DNA from: Acidobacteriota bacterium
GTDB lineage: Bacteria > Acidobacteriota > Vicinamibacteria > Vicinamibacterales > CAVVIG01
Direction: 5' to 3'
Length of the DNA stretch: 59,613 bases
NCBI GenBank assembly: GCA_017883165.1
Contig: JADGOC010000004.1
Coordinates: forward strand, 1-59,613
The position numbers were made by a program, and so were the translations under genes. Shown in pieces: positions 49,918-59,556 of the stretch. Within the stretch, counting starts at the first letter, position 1. Every line of letters begins with the position of its first letter. Below the pieces are notes generated by a model. The model did not search any database. It worked only from the letters and a program-made list of their open reading frames with translations, and was not told where the DNA came from.

Positions 49918-50765
49918 TTGAAGGCGTCTGGATGCAGCAGCCGCGCGAGCCGTTCGGTCGCGGCGGCGACACGCGGACCCGGGACGACGTATTCGTTGCC
50001 GAGCACGAGATAGACCCGGCCGTTCCTGACGGCCGGGATCGATCCCAACGTGTCCCACACGTGCCGCTCGCTCTCCATCCGCGTGGGCGTGAGTGACGCG
50101 CCATAATGCAGCTCGATGATCACGTCCGGCGCGCGCGCGAGGATCATCTCAGTGCTCATCTGCACCGATTCGCGCCTGATGTCGCCAACGGCGTCGGCCC
50201 CGCCGGCGATGTCGAGCATGTCGTGGAGGAATCCGTATCCGCCACTGGCGTCGATGTCCTGCAGCGTGCCCTCCTGGCGGCCAAAGACGAGCAGGGTCCT
50301 GGGCCGGGGCCGGCCGGCGACGCGCGCCCGGATGTCGCCGAGCCGCCGTTCGATGCCGTCCGCGAGCGCGCCGGCCTGCGCGCCGAAGCCAACGCGCGTG
50401 CCAAGCGAGCGAATCATCGTCGTGATGTCCGGCAGGCCGCGGTGCACGTAGGGAAACACTGGGATCCCCGCGCGCGCGAGCTGCTGTTTCAGCTCGGTCT
50501 GCGTGTTGTAGACGATCGCGAGGTCCGGCTTCAGCGCGAGCACCCGCTCGACGTTGGGGTCCAGCAGGCCGCCGAGCTTCGGCAGTGTTTCGACTTCGGG
50601 CGGATAGTGATCGTAGCTGCTGACGCCGGCGATCACTTTGCCCGCGCCCATCGCAAACAGCATTTCGGTCGTCGCCGGCACGAGCGAGACGACGCGGTGA
50701 GGGTTTTCCGCCGCCGTCGCCTGCGCGATGACGACCAACGCGACTGCGACAGTCCGCGCGCTCAT
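49914..50765 (-). CDS. btuF: cobalamin ABC transporter substrate-binding protein
   Basis: RVVSLVPATTEMLFAMG, PNVERVLALKPD, PAVRNG, PGPR. Confidence 0.85.
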   Translation of the reverse strand: MSARTVAVALVVIAQATAAENPHRVVSLVPATTEMLFAMGAGKVIAGVSSYDHYPPEVETLPKLGGLLDPNVERVLALKPDLAIVYNTQTELKQQLARAGIPVFPYVHRGLPDITTMIRSLGTRVGFGAQAGALADGIERRLGDIRARVAGRPRPRTLLVFGRQEGTLQDIDASGGYGFLHDMLDIAGGADAVGDIRRESVQMSTEMILARAPDVIIELHYGASLTPTRMESERHVWDTLGSIPAVRNGRVYLVLGNEYVVPGPRVAAATERLARLLHPDAFK

Positions 50766-50767
50766 CT

Positions 50768-51808
50768 TTATGCTTTTCGGAACAGCAGCCATAGGAAGAA
50801 CGGTCCTCCAATAATGGCAGTGACGATGCCCACCGGCAGCTCCACGGGCGCAAGCGCCGTGCGCGCCACCAGATCGCAGCCGATGAGAAACGCCGCGCCG
50901 AAGAGCGCCGACGCCGGCAGCACCAATCGGTGATCGGCGCCGACGATGAGCCGGACGAGATGCGGCACGATGATGCCGACAAACGCGACCGGTCCGCCGA
51001 GCGACACCGCCGCGCCCGTCGACAGCGACGCGCTGACGAGCGCGACGCGTTCCGCGCGGGTCACGTCGACGCCGCGCGCCGCGGCGGCCTCGGAACCGAG
51101 ACTCATGAGGTCAAGCACGCGCGGCAGCGTCGCGAAGCCGACGGAGGCGACCGCCATTGGCACGATCGCCGCGACAATCGGTCCGTATCCGGCGACGTCG
51201 AGCGATCCCATCAGCCAGCGCACCGTCTGGAACGTCTCCGTGAAGTCGGCGAGGTATTGCACGAAGCGCACGACGGCCGAGAGGAGCGCCGTCAGCGTCA
51301 CGCCCGCCAGCAGCAGCACCATCGTCGACTGGCCGCGCCGGCGCGCCGCCGAGAGCCCGTACACGATCGCGAGCGCGCCGAGCGATCCCGCGAAGCTGGC
51401 GAGCGGCACCGCAGACACCGACAGCAGAGAGAAGTCAGCGTGAAAGGTGATCGCCAGCATGGCGCCCAGCGCGGCGCCCGCCGACACGCCGAGCGTGTCC
51501 GGCGACGCCAGCGGATTTCTGAGGATCGCCTGGAACACGACACCAGCGACGGCGAGACCGCTGCCGACGAGCGCCGCGGCGAGGACGCGCGGCAGGCGCG
51601 CGACGAAAAAGATCTGCGCGTCGACGTTGTCCGCGAACGGGATCGAGCGATCGAAGACTCGCGCGAGGTGGATCGGCGTGCTGCCCACCAGCGGCGCGAG
51701 CAGGCAGGCGCCGAACGCCAGCGCGCCGAAGCCGCCGATCGTCACCACGAGCCGCCGGCGAACAGTAGTGTCCGGCTTCAGCCGGACCGTTTCAGTTCGC
51801 TCGCGCAA
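50768..51808 (-). CDS. btuC: cobalamin ABC transporter permease
   Basis: RLPRV, RNPLASP, FVGIIVPH, ELPVG, GGPFF. Confidence 0.88.
   Translation of the reverse strand: MRERTETVRLKPDTTVRRRLVVTIGGFGALAFGACLLAPLVGSTPIHLARVFDRSIPFADNVDAQIFFVARLPRVLAAALVGSGLAVAGVVFQAILRNPLASPDTLGVSAGAALGAMLAITFHADFSLLSVSAVPLASFAGSLGALAIVYGLSAARRRGQSTMVLLLAGVTLTALLSAVVRFVQYLADFTETFQTVRWLMGSLDVAGYGPIVAAIVPMAVASVGFATLPRVLDLMSLGSEAAAARGVDVTRAERVALVSASLSTGAAVSLGGPVAFVGIIVPHLVRLIVGADHRLVLPASALFGAAFLIGCDLVARTALAPVELPVGIVTAIIGGPFFLWLLFRKA
51765..51788. repeat. in-frame REP-like palindrome (VRLKPDTT)
   Basis: gtagt-gtccggct-tc-agccggac-c at the btuC N-terminus. Confidence 0.7.
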
Positions 51809-52574
51809 TGGGCACCACCGTCAGATGTCCGGCGCGCGGGTGGAACTGCACGTCGGCGTCCACGCCGTACAGCGTGCGCACGTTCGAGGCGGTGAGCACG
51901 TCGGCCGTCGCGCCGCGCGCGAGCACCTGGCCCTGCCGTAGCAGCACGATCTCGGTGCAGAGCGCCGCCGCCAGGTTCAAATCGTGCGTCGAAATCACCA
52001 TCGTCGTGCCGCGTTCGCGGTTGAGGCGCGTCAGGAGCGCCGCGATTTCGATCTGATAGCCGAGATCGAGCGAGGCCGTCGGCTCGTCGAGCAGCAGCAC
52101 GCTGGACGCCTGCGCGAGGGCGCTCGCAATCACGACGCGCTGTTTCTCGCCGCCGCTGAGCGTGGCGAACGCCCGCGGCGCCAGGTGCGCCGTTCCGGTG
52201 GCCGACAGCGCCTCGTGCGCGATCGCGACGTCGTCGGCGCCCTCGAGCTCGAAGGCGCCGAGATGCGGATACCGCCCCATCAGGACGATGTCGAGGACGG
52301 TGAAGTCGAAGGTGGTGTGCGTCTCCTGCGGCACGACGGCGACCTTGCGCGCGAGGTCGCGCCGAGAGAGCCGTCTCACGTCGGCGGCGTCGAGCGTGAC
52401 GCGGCCGGTGAGCGGAGTCAGCGTGCCCGCGATGAGGCGCAACAGCGTCGTCTTGCCCGATCCGTTGGGCCCGAGGAGGCCGAGGATCGTCCCTCGGCCC
52501 GCCTCGAAGCTGACGCCCTGCAGAACGGCGCGAGACCGCTCGTACGCGAACGAAATGTTATCGACTCGCAGCAA
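51792..52574 (-). CDS. btuD: cobalamin ABC transporter ATPase
   Basis: GPNGSGKT, LSGGEKQR, LLLDEPT, HDLNLA. Confidence 0.88.
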   Translation of the reverse strand: MLRVDNISFAYERSRAVLQGVSFEAGRGTILGLLGPNGSGKTTLLRLIAGTLTPLTGRVTLDAADVRRLSRRDLARKVAVVPQETHTTFDFTVLDIVLMGRYPHLGAFELEGADDVAIAHEALSATGTAHLAPRAFATLSGGEKQRVVIASALAQASSVLLLDEPTASLDLGYQIEIAALLTRLNRERGTTMVISTHDLNLAAALCTEIVLLRQGQVLARGATADVLTASNVRTLYGVDADVQFHPRAGHLTVVPIARAN

Positions 52575-54849
52575 CGCGAACTCCCACGATGCCGCTGCGG
52601 CCGAGTGCCGGGAAGCCGAGCGTCTCTTCGTACGCGCGATTGGCGAGGTTGAGGACGCGCGCGTAGACGTCGAGGCCGCGCGCGAGGCGCACGCTCGCGC
52701 CGGCGTTGACGACCGAGTAGCCGGGCGAGAAGAACAGGCCGCCGAAGCTGCCGAAGTTCGGCTCGACGTCGAGAATCCGCGCCCGGGTCGTGACCTCGCC
52801 GAACGCCGTCAGCCGGCCCGCTGCGTACGTGAGGTCGAGCGCGCCCTGATGGCGGGGCCGCCGGATCAGCGCATCGCCCACCTTGAACGGCGGCGGGGCC
52901 AGCGTGGCGAGGCCGTCCACCGACAGGATCTCCGTGTCGAGCAACGTGTAGTTCGCGTGCAGGGTGAATCCCTTGGCCAGACGCGCGTCGCCCGACAGTT
53001 CGACGCCGCGCGAGCGGGCGTTCGAGATGTTGTCGCTCTTGTAGCGGCTCGCGTCCTGCAGCGAACGTCCGACCGTGATGATGAGGTCGTCGTAGCTGTT
53101 GGAGAACGCCGTGGCGGACAACGCGTAGGCGCCGTTGGCGAACTGCTGCTCGACGCCGGCGTCGACGCTTCGGTTGCGCTCCGGCTTCAGGTTCGGGTTG
53201 TCGGTGAACGCGATCTCGAAGGCGTCGGGCGGCCGGATGCCGGTGCCGGCGCTGGCGCGCAGCCGCGTGGAGGCCGCCGACCCGGGACGGGTGAGCAGGT
53301 AGCTGGCCGCGATCTTCGGGTTCACCGAGTTGAGCGTCTGATCGGGGAATGCCGGCCGCGCGGTGAACGCGCCGACGTTCGGTTCGACCGCGTCGCGCGT
53401 GATGTGCTCGATCCGGACGCCGCCGGTCACGAACAAGCGCTCGCGGCCGACGTAGCGCAGCTCGGCGAAGGCGCCGGTCGTCGCGCGGTGAATCGCGATC
53501 GGCTCGTCGGCGGCGCCTGTGATGAACGTGCTCGATCCGCTCTCGCGCAGCCATTCCACGCCGGCCGAGCCGCCCAACGACGAGGTGAAGGCGGCGTCCT
53601 CCTGGACACGGCCGTCGAAGCGGTGCGTGCCGGTCGCAGAATGCGTCGCCACGCTGGTGCCGCCGCACGGGTCCGATGTGCTGGTGAAATCGCCAGTCAG
53701 ATCCGTGTAGTTCGCCTCTATGCGCTGACGTACGGTCCGGGACCACGGATGCGTGACACGCGCGCCGACTTGGCGCGTGTCGTCCACGCCGCGCGACACG
53801 GGATCGACGCAGGGGAAGACACCGATCGGATTGCTGCCAAACGGACCCGGGAATCCGCGCTCGTCGCGCCCCAGGTTTCCGCTGACGAAGACGTCCGGTC
53901 CGTTCGGGCGCTGCCAGCCGAGCGTGCCCGACACGTGCGAGAAGTGGTAGTCGTCGTTTGTCACCAGCTCGCCGTCGGCCGGCGCGACGCCGGTGAAGCC
54001 GGCGCTGCGCGCGTGCTCGGCGCCGCCGCCGAAGCTCCACTCACCGTGCGATCCGGACGCGCCGATCGCCGTGCGGCCCGTGCCCTGGCTGCCGCCTTCG
54101 ACGAGCGCGTCGGCGTGCGGCCGTCCGCCGCGTTTGGTGACGATCTGCACGACCGCGCCGATCGCGTCGGATCCGAAGAGGGCGCTCTCGGGCCCGCGGA
54201 CGATCTCGATCCGATCGACGTCGGCGACCGACAGATGCGCGAAGTCGTAGCCGCCGCCGAATGCGTTGGCGCGGATGCCGTCGACGAGCACGAGCGTGTA
54301 ATTCGACGCGCCGCCGCGCGGAAAGAGCGAGGTGATGGCGCCGCGGCCGCCGCTGCGCGTCACGGTCAGGCCGGGGACCAGACGCAGCGCATCGGCGACC
54401 GTCTCGATTTGCCGCGCCTGAAGATCGGCGGCGGTGATGACGGTCACGCTGTCGGCCGCGCGCGAGAGCGGCACGTCGATCTGCGCCGCCGACACGACGA
54501 TCGATTCGGTCAGCGCGCTGAGGTGCAGTTGCACCCCCACCTCGCGCGTCTCGTCAGAGGCGAGCGCGATCGCGATCGCGTCGGCCTGGAAGCCGTCGGC
54601 CAGCACGCGGATCTCGTATCGGCCCGCGGGCACATGGTCGATCGCGAAGGCGCCGGAGGCGTCGGTGGTCCGATCGGCGGCGGTGCCGATCGCCGTCGCG
54701 ACGATGACGCGCGCGCCGGCCACCGGGCGTCCGTCGGGATCGGTGACGCGGCCCGTCAGCGTCGCGGCGGACGCGCCGCGCGGCAGCAAGAAGAAAAAGA
54801 GGAACACGAACGGGACGAGCACGAACGGAGGACGGCAGGCCGCGGCCAT
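52558..54849 (-). CDS. btuB: TonB-dependent receptor, cobalamin type
   Basis: Signal peptide, N-terminal carboxypeptidase-regulatory-like domain, plug (LVLVDG, IEIVRGPESALFG), NPNLKPE; riboswitch upstream. Confidence 0.88.
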   Translation of the reverse strand: MAAACRPPFVLVPFVFLFFFLLPRGASAATLTGRVTDPDGRPVAGARVIVATAIGTAADRTTDASGAFAIDHVPAGRYEIRVLADGFQADAIAIALASDETREVGVQLHLSALTESIVVSAAQIDVPLSRAADSVTVITAADLQARQIETVADALRLVPGLTVTRSGGRGAITSLFPRGGASNYTLVLVDGIRANAFGGGYDFAHLSVADVDRIEIVRGPESALFGSDAIGAVVQIVTKRGGRPHADALVEGGSQGTGRTAIGASGSHGEWSFGGGAEHARSAGFTGVAPADGELVTNDDYHFSHVSGTLGWQRPNGPDVFVSGNLGRDERGFPGPFGSNPIGVFPCVDPVSRGVDDTRQVGARVTHPWSRTVRQRIEANYTDLTGDFTSTSDPCGGTSVATHSATGTHRFDGRVQEDAAFTSSLGGSAGVEWLRESGSSTFITGAADEPIAIHRATTGAFAELRYVGRERLFVTGGVRIEHITRDAVEPNVGAFTARPAFPDQTLNSVNPKIAASYLLTRPGSAASTRLRASAGTGIRPPDAFEIAFTDNPNLKPERNRSVDAGVEQQFANGAYALSATAFSNSYDDLIITVGRSLQDASRYKSDNISNARSRGVELSGDARLAKGFTLHANYTLLDTEILSVDGLATLAPPPFKVGDALIRRPRHQGALDLTYAAGRLTAFGEVTTRARILDVEPNFGSFGGLFFSPGYSVVNAGASVRLARGLDVYARVLNLANRAYEETLGFPALGRSGIVGVRVAASR

Positions 54850-54877
54850 AGAGCTCCTTCCGGCGTCTCACGCGCCG

Positions 54878-55068
54878 AAAAAAAACGCCCCCGGGATGAC
54901 CAGGTTTCCTGACTCGCGGATCGCTGCAACACGTCTGTCTTCCCAGGCGCCGCCGCTCGCTTCGCGAGCCTTGGCGTCCCAGTGACATTGCCTTGACGTG
55001 TCGCTCCCCGCTTACAGTGGCGGGACCGTGTGGGCTTCGCACCCACTTCGCGTGGCCCCGGGGCAGCG
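54878..55068 (-). promoter_or_regulatory. cobalamin riboswitch
   Basis: GGTGCGAAGCCC, CCCGCCACTGTAA, CACTGGG...GGGAAG, GAGTCAGGAAACCTG, then a U8 tract; TATACT -10 at 55088-55083. Confidence 0.92.
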
Positions 55069-55104
55069 TACGTGAAGGGGCGAGTATAGCGTCACTGACG
55101 GTCA

Positions 55105-55142
55105 ATTTGGTAATTTGGTAATCTGGTAATCTGGTAATTGGA
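55105..55142 (+). repeat. AAT(T/C)TGGT octamer tandem repeat
   Basis: aatttggtaatttggtaatctggtaatctggtaattgg. Confidence 0.85.
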
Positions 55143-55160
55143 TTGATCAGATTGACCCAA

Positions 55161-56294
55161 ATGCATGCGCGTGTCGCGTCAGCAGGCCTCGCGGAGATCG
55201 CTGAAAAGCTCGACGCCGGCGTGCGTCTCGATCTTGCCGACGGCGTGCGTCTGTTCGACAGCCCCGATCTCCTCGCGGTCGGGTGGCTCGCCAATCGCGA
55301 GCGCGAGAAGCGGCACGGCGGCCGCACCTACTACAACTTCAACATCCGGATCGAAGCGACCAACGTCTGCGTGGCCAGCTGCCTGTTCTGTTCGTTCGCG
55401 CGGCTGAAGCCGGGCGATCCGGACGCGTACACGCTGTCGCTCGAGCAGGTGTGGGACAAGCTGCGGCGGCGCGCCCACCAGCCGCTCACCGAAATCCACG
55501 TCGTCAACGGCCTGCATCCTGATTTGCCGTTCGACTACTACACGGAGATGCTGCGCGGCTTCAAGCGGATCCGCCCGGAGATCCACCTGAAATGCTTCAC
55601 CGCCGTCGAGATCGCCTTCTTCGCCGATCTCTACGGCATGACCGACGAGCAGGTGCTGTGCGCGCTCATGGCCGCCGGCCTCGATTCGCTGCCGGGGGGC
55701 GGCGCGGAGATTTTCGCCGAGCGCGTCCGCCGCAAGATCGCGCACGACAAGTGCGGCACGGAGCGCTACCTCGAGATCCACCGCACCGCGCACCGGCTCG
55801 GCATGCGCACCAACGTGACGATGCTGTACGGGCACATCGAGACGTCGGAAGAGCGCGTCGACCACATGCTGCGCGCGCGCGCGCTGCAGGACGAGACCGG
55901 CGGGTTCCAGGCGTTCATCCCGCTCGCGTTTCACCCCGACAACAATCAGATGCGCAAGCTCCCGGCGCCGACCGCCACCGACAGCCTGCGCGTGCACGCG
56001 GTGTCGCGGCTCATGTGCGACAACATCGCGCACGTGAAGGCGTTCTGGATCGCGACCGGCGTGGACGTGGCGCAAATCGCGCTCTGGTTCGGCGTGGACG
56101 ACCTCGACGGCACCGTGCAGGAAGAGAAGATCTACCACATGGCCGGCGCGCGCACGCCCGAGGCGATGACGCCGCGCCAGATCGAGCGGCTCATCACGGC
56201 GGCGGGGCGCGAGCCGGTCGAGCGCGACACGCTCTATCACGTCGTCCACACTCGCGGGGCCTCGCCCCCGCTCGCCGATGTCTTCGCGCCGTAG
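55161..56294 (+). CDS. mqnE: aminofutalosine synthase (radical SAM)
   Basis: TNVCVASCLFC, LPGGGAEIF, TMLYGHIE, FIPLAFHP, DLDGTVQEEKIYHMAG. Confidence 0.9.
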   Translation: MHARVASAGLAEIAEKLDAGVRLDLADGVRLFDSPDLLAVGWLANREREKRHGGRTYYNFNIRIEATNVCVASCLFCSFARLKPGDPDAYTLSLEQVWDKLRRRAHQPLTEIHVVNGLHPDLPFDYYTEMLRGFKRIRPEIHLKCFTAVEIAFFADLYGMTDEQVLCALMAAGLDSLPGGGAEIFAERVRRKIAHDKCGTERYLEIHRTAHRLGMRTNVTMLYGHIETSEERVDHMLRARALQDETGGFQAFIPLAFHPDNNQMRKLPAPTATDSLRVHAVSRLMCDNIAHVKAFWIATGVDVAQIALWFGVDDLDGTVQEEKIYHMAGARTPEAMTPRQIERLITAAGREPVERDTLYHVVHTRGASPPLADVFAP

Positions 56295-56424
56295 TGCTCG
56301 GCCTATCCAGAACAGAACGTCGCAGCGGGCAGGGAATACGGCGTCGGCGTCGGGTGTTATAATTACTTAGAGCCAAGCTTCGTCGTAACGCTACGGTGGG
56401 GTTTGGTTTTTTCGTAACCCGAGA

Positions 56425-56442
56425 TTGAGAAAAATTTCACAA
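56425..56442. promoter_or_regulatory. Rex-like operator
   Basis: TTGAGAA-aaat-TTCACAA, one mismatch to TTGTGAA-N4-TTCACAA; 12 nt before the nadA ATG. Confidence 0.6.
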
Positions 56443-56454
56443 GCGTACACACAG

Positions 56455-57597
56455 ATGCTGATCCCCGTCCTCACGGCGTACGAGAAAGAACACATCTCGG
56501 AACGCCAGACGCTGCCCGAACGATACCTCGGCCTCTCCGACGAGGAGATGGCGCGCCGCATTGCGGCCGCGAAGGCGACGCTCGGCCGGCGGCTCGTGAT
56601 CCTCGGCCATCACTACCAGCGCGACGAAGTGTTCGCCTTCGCCGACTACACGGGCGACTCCTTCAAGCTCGCGCGCCAGGTCGGCCGGCACCCCGAAGCC
56701 GAGTTCATCGTCTTCTGCGGCGTGCATTTCATGGCGGAGAGCGCCGACGTACTGAGCGCGCCGGACCAGCAGGTCATCCTGCCGGATCTGGCCGCCGGAT
56801 GCTCGATGGCCGACATGGCCGAACCCGAACAGCTGGAGATGTGCTGGGCCGAGCTCGAGCAGATGGGCGTCATCGGCGGGGCGTCGCGCGTCATTCCGGT
56901 GACCTACATCAATTCCGCCGCGGCCATCAAAGCCTTCTGCGGCGAGCACGGCGGCGTCGTCTGCACGTCGTCGAACGCCGTGGCGACGCTGCGCTGGGCG
57001 TGGGAGCGGGGCGAGCGCATTCTCTTCCTGCCGGATCAGCATCTCGGCCGCAACACCGCCTTCAAGGTGGGCGTGCCGCTCGACGAGATGGTCGTATGGG
57101 ATCCGAACGAGATCTGGGGCGGGCTCGAGCCGGATACCGTCAAACGTGCGCGCATCATTCTCTGGAAGGGTCATTGTTCGGTGCACGCGCGCTTCACGGT
57201 GCGGCAGATCGAGAACATCCGCCAGCAGCATCCCGGCGTGCGGGTCATCGTGCATCCGGAAGTGCCGTGGGACGTGGTGCAGGCGGCAGACGATTCCGGA
57301 TCAACGGAGTACATCATCAAGCAGGTGACGGAGAGTCCGGCCGGCTCGATCTGGGCAATCGGTACCGAGATCCACCTCGTCAATAGGCTGGCGCGTCAGC
57401 TCGAGCCCGACCGCACCGTCTTCTCGCTCGACCAGTTCGGCTGTCTCTGTTCGACGATGTTCCGCGTCTCGCCCAATCATCTGCTGTGGGTGCTCGAAGG
57501 GCTCGTCGCCGGCGACGTCCACAACCGCATTGTCGTGCCCGACGACCGCAAGCGCTGGACGAAGGTTGCCCTCGACCGCATGTTGTCGATCCAGTAG
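56455..57597 (+). CDS. nadA: quinolinate synthase
   Basis: LGHHYQ, GDSF, FCGVHFMAE, AGCSMA, CTSSNA, HCSVH, VHPE, CSTM. Confidence 0.96.
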   Translation: MLIPVLTAYEKEHISERQTLPERYLGLSDEEMARRIAAAKATLGRRLVILGHHYQRDEVFAFADYTGDSFKLARQVGRHPEAEFIVFCGVHFMAESADVLSAPDQQVILPDLAAGCSMADMAEPEQLEMCWAELEQMGVIGGASRVIPVTYINSAAAIKAFCGEHGGVVCTSSNAVATLRWAWERGERILFLPDQHLGRNTAFKVGVPLDEMVVWDPNEIWGGLEPDTVKRARIILWKGHCSVHARFTVRQIENIRQQHPGVRVIVHPEVPWDVVQAADDSGSTEYIIKQVTESPAGSIWAIGTEIHLVNRLARQLEPDRTVFSLDQFGCLCSTMFRVSPNHLLWVLEGLVAGDVHNRIVVPDDRKRWTKVALDRMLSIQ

Positions 57598-57654
57598 CCC
57601 CTGAAGTACGATCCTCAAGTTCTACAGTCCGATCCGTTTCGACAAGGAGGGCCA

Positions 57655-58257
57655 ATGGCTCACTCGCTTCCGCCTCTGCCGTACCCGACCGATGCGCTCG
57701 AACCCCACATCGACAAACAAACGATGGAGATTCATCACGGGAAGCATCATGCGGCGTACGTGAACAACCTGAATGCTGCGTTGGAAAAGCATCCCGAGCT
57801 GCAGTCCAAGAGCGTCGAGGATTTGCTGCGCGGGATCAACACGGTTCCCGAAGACATCCGCACGGCCGTGAAGAACAACGGCGGCGGGCACGCCAACCAC
57901 TCGATGTTCTGGCAGATCATGGGCCCGAAGGCCGGCGGGCCGCCGACCGGCGCGATCGCCGACGCGATCAAGTCGTCATTCGGCACGTTCGATGCGTTCA
58001 AGGAGCAGGTCGGCAAGGCCGGCGCCGGACGCTTCGGCAGCGGCTGGGCCTGGGTGATCGATCAGGGCGGCAAGCTCGTCGTCGAGAGCACCGCGAACCA
58101 GGACAGCCCGTTGATGGAAGGCAAGAAGATCGTCTTCGGCATCGACGTCTGGGAGCACGCGTACTATCTGAAGTACCAGAACCGCCGGCCCGATTACATC
58201 GCGGCGTGGTGGAACGTCATCAACTGGGCCGAAGTGAACAAGAGACTCGGCAAATAG
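57655..58257 (+). CDS. sodA: superoxide dismutase, Mn-type signature
   Basis: [32 protein letters not shown]. Confidence 0.95.
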   Translation: MAHSLPPLPYPTDALEPHIDKQTMEIHHGKHHAAYVNNLNAALEKHPELQSKSVEDLLRGINTVPEDIRTAVKNNGGGHANHSMFWQIMGPKAGGPPTGAIADAIKSSFGTFDAFKEQVGKAGAGRFGSGWAWVIDQGGKLVVESTANQDSPLMEGKKIVFGIDVWEHAYYLKYQNRRPDYIAAWWNVINWAEVNKRLGK

Positions 58258-58284
58258 GGCAGGAAGGGCAGCCTTTCCCGCCCC

Positions 58285-59091
58285 GTGGTTCTCTTTCTTT
58301 TTCTTTCGCACCTCGGCCTCGGCATTGTCTTCACGCTCGTCTTCGTATCGCGCGAAGCGGGCGTGAAGTTCTTTCGCTTCAACGCGGGACTCGCCGCGAT
58401 TCTGATCGCCGTCGCCTTTGCGTTCCGTCCGCCTGACGCCGTTGGCGCGGCGACGGCCGGCCGCGTCGCCTTTCTCGCGCTCGCGGTGGCTGAAGTGGCG
58501 GTCGTCCTGTATTGGGCGACGGTCGGCCGCGTGCTGGCGTCGATTCGTCCGGCGGTTGTCGTCACGGCCGTGGCGGCCGGGCTCGTCGCGATTGTCGCGC
58601 AGGCGATCGCCGCCGTGCCGGGCGGCCCGGCGCTGTTGCCGGCGATGACGATCGCGAGCTTCCTCACCTCCGCGGCGCTCCTCGGCGGCACCTGCACGGC
58701 GATGATCCTCGGCCACTGGTACCTGATTCTTCCGTCGATGCAGGGGTCGCATCTGCAGTCTATTGTGATGCTGCACATCGTGTCGCTCGTGATGCGCGTC
58801 GCGCTGGTGGCGGCGGCCATCGCGCTCGCGCTCGAGACAACCTGGCTGGGGCAGCCTGAGCTGGGGCCGAGCTTTCATCACTACATCATGTCGGTGGCCG
58901 GCATTTTCTTCTGGCAGCGGGTGCTGTTCGGCCTCGCCGGGCCGGCGGTGCTCTCGTATCTGACGTGGGAGACTGCGAAGATCCGCTCGACGCAGTCGGC
59001 GACCGGCATTCTCTACGTCGATTTCTTCACGGTCGTCGTCGGGGAAGTGCTGGCGAAGTACATCCTGTTGGCGATGCGCGTGCCGGTGTGA
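58285..59091 (+). CDS. hypothetical polytopic membrane protein
   Basis: About 8 hydrophobic segments; AMILGHWYL and STQSATGILY motifs. Confidence 0.75.
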   Translation: MVLFLFLSHLGLGIVFTLVFVSREAGVKFFRFNAGLAAILIAVAFAFRPPDAVGAATAGRVAFLALAVAEVAVVLYWATVGRVLASIRPAVVVTAVAAGLVAIVAQAIAAVPGGPALLPAMTIASFLTSAALLGGTCTAMILGHWYLILPSMQGSHLQSIVMLHIVSLVMRVALVAAAIALALETTWLGQPELGPSFHHYIMSVAGIFFWQRVLFGLAGPAVLSYLTWETAKIRSTQSATGILYVDFFTVVVGEVLAKYILLAMRVPV

Positions 59092-59555
59092 TGGACGTTC
59101 TCGCCAGATGTTCGAAGTGCGGCGCCGGCCTCCCGGTCCGCGCCGCCGACGCGCCGGCAGCGATTCGATGCGGCCGCTGCGGGAGCGACATCCCCCTGAG
59201 CTTCTCCGCCGCCGAGCGCGCGGACACGGCTGTCGATTCCTGCCCGGTCTGCCAGGGCGCGGACTTCTACACACGGAAGGATTTCGATCCGACGATTGGC
59301 GTGACGGTCGTCGTGATCGGCGCGGCGATGAGCGCGGTGTTCTATTGGTTCGGCCGCGACCTGGTCGCCTACAGCATTCTCGGCGGCGCGGCGCTCATCG
59401 ATCTGGCCGTGTACGGCCGGCTGAAGGATCTCACCGTCTGCTATCGCTGCCACACCGAATTTCGCGGCGCCTATCGGTGCACCGCGCCCGCCTTCGATCT
59501 TCATATCGCCGATGTGCTCGAACAGGAGTACGAGAGGCGGATAGGGAGACGGTGA
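59091..59555 (+). CDS. hypothetical membrane protein with four CxxC pairs
   Basis: CSKC, CGRC, CPVC, two TMs, CYRC; TGATG coupling to the upstream gene. Confidence 0.75.
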   Translation: MDVLARCSKCGAGLPVRAADAPAAIRCGRCGSDIPLSFSAAERADTAVDSCPVCQGADFYTRKDFDPTIGVTVVVIGAAMSAVFYWFGRDLVAYSILGGAALIDLAVYGRLKDLTVCYRCHTEFRGAYRCTAPAFDLHIADVLEQEYERRIGRR

Positions 59556-59556
59556 A

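Noticed and set aside
52162-54912. 916-aa + strand ORF and other long antisense or alternative-frame ORFs (e.g. 44570-46474, 31064-33037, 41731-43449)
   Set aside because: Shadows of well-supported genes in high-GC DNA; Arg/Ala-rich with no motifs
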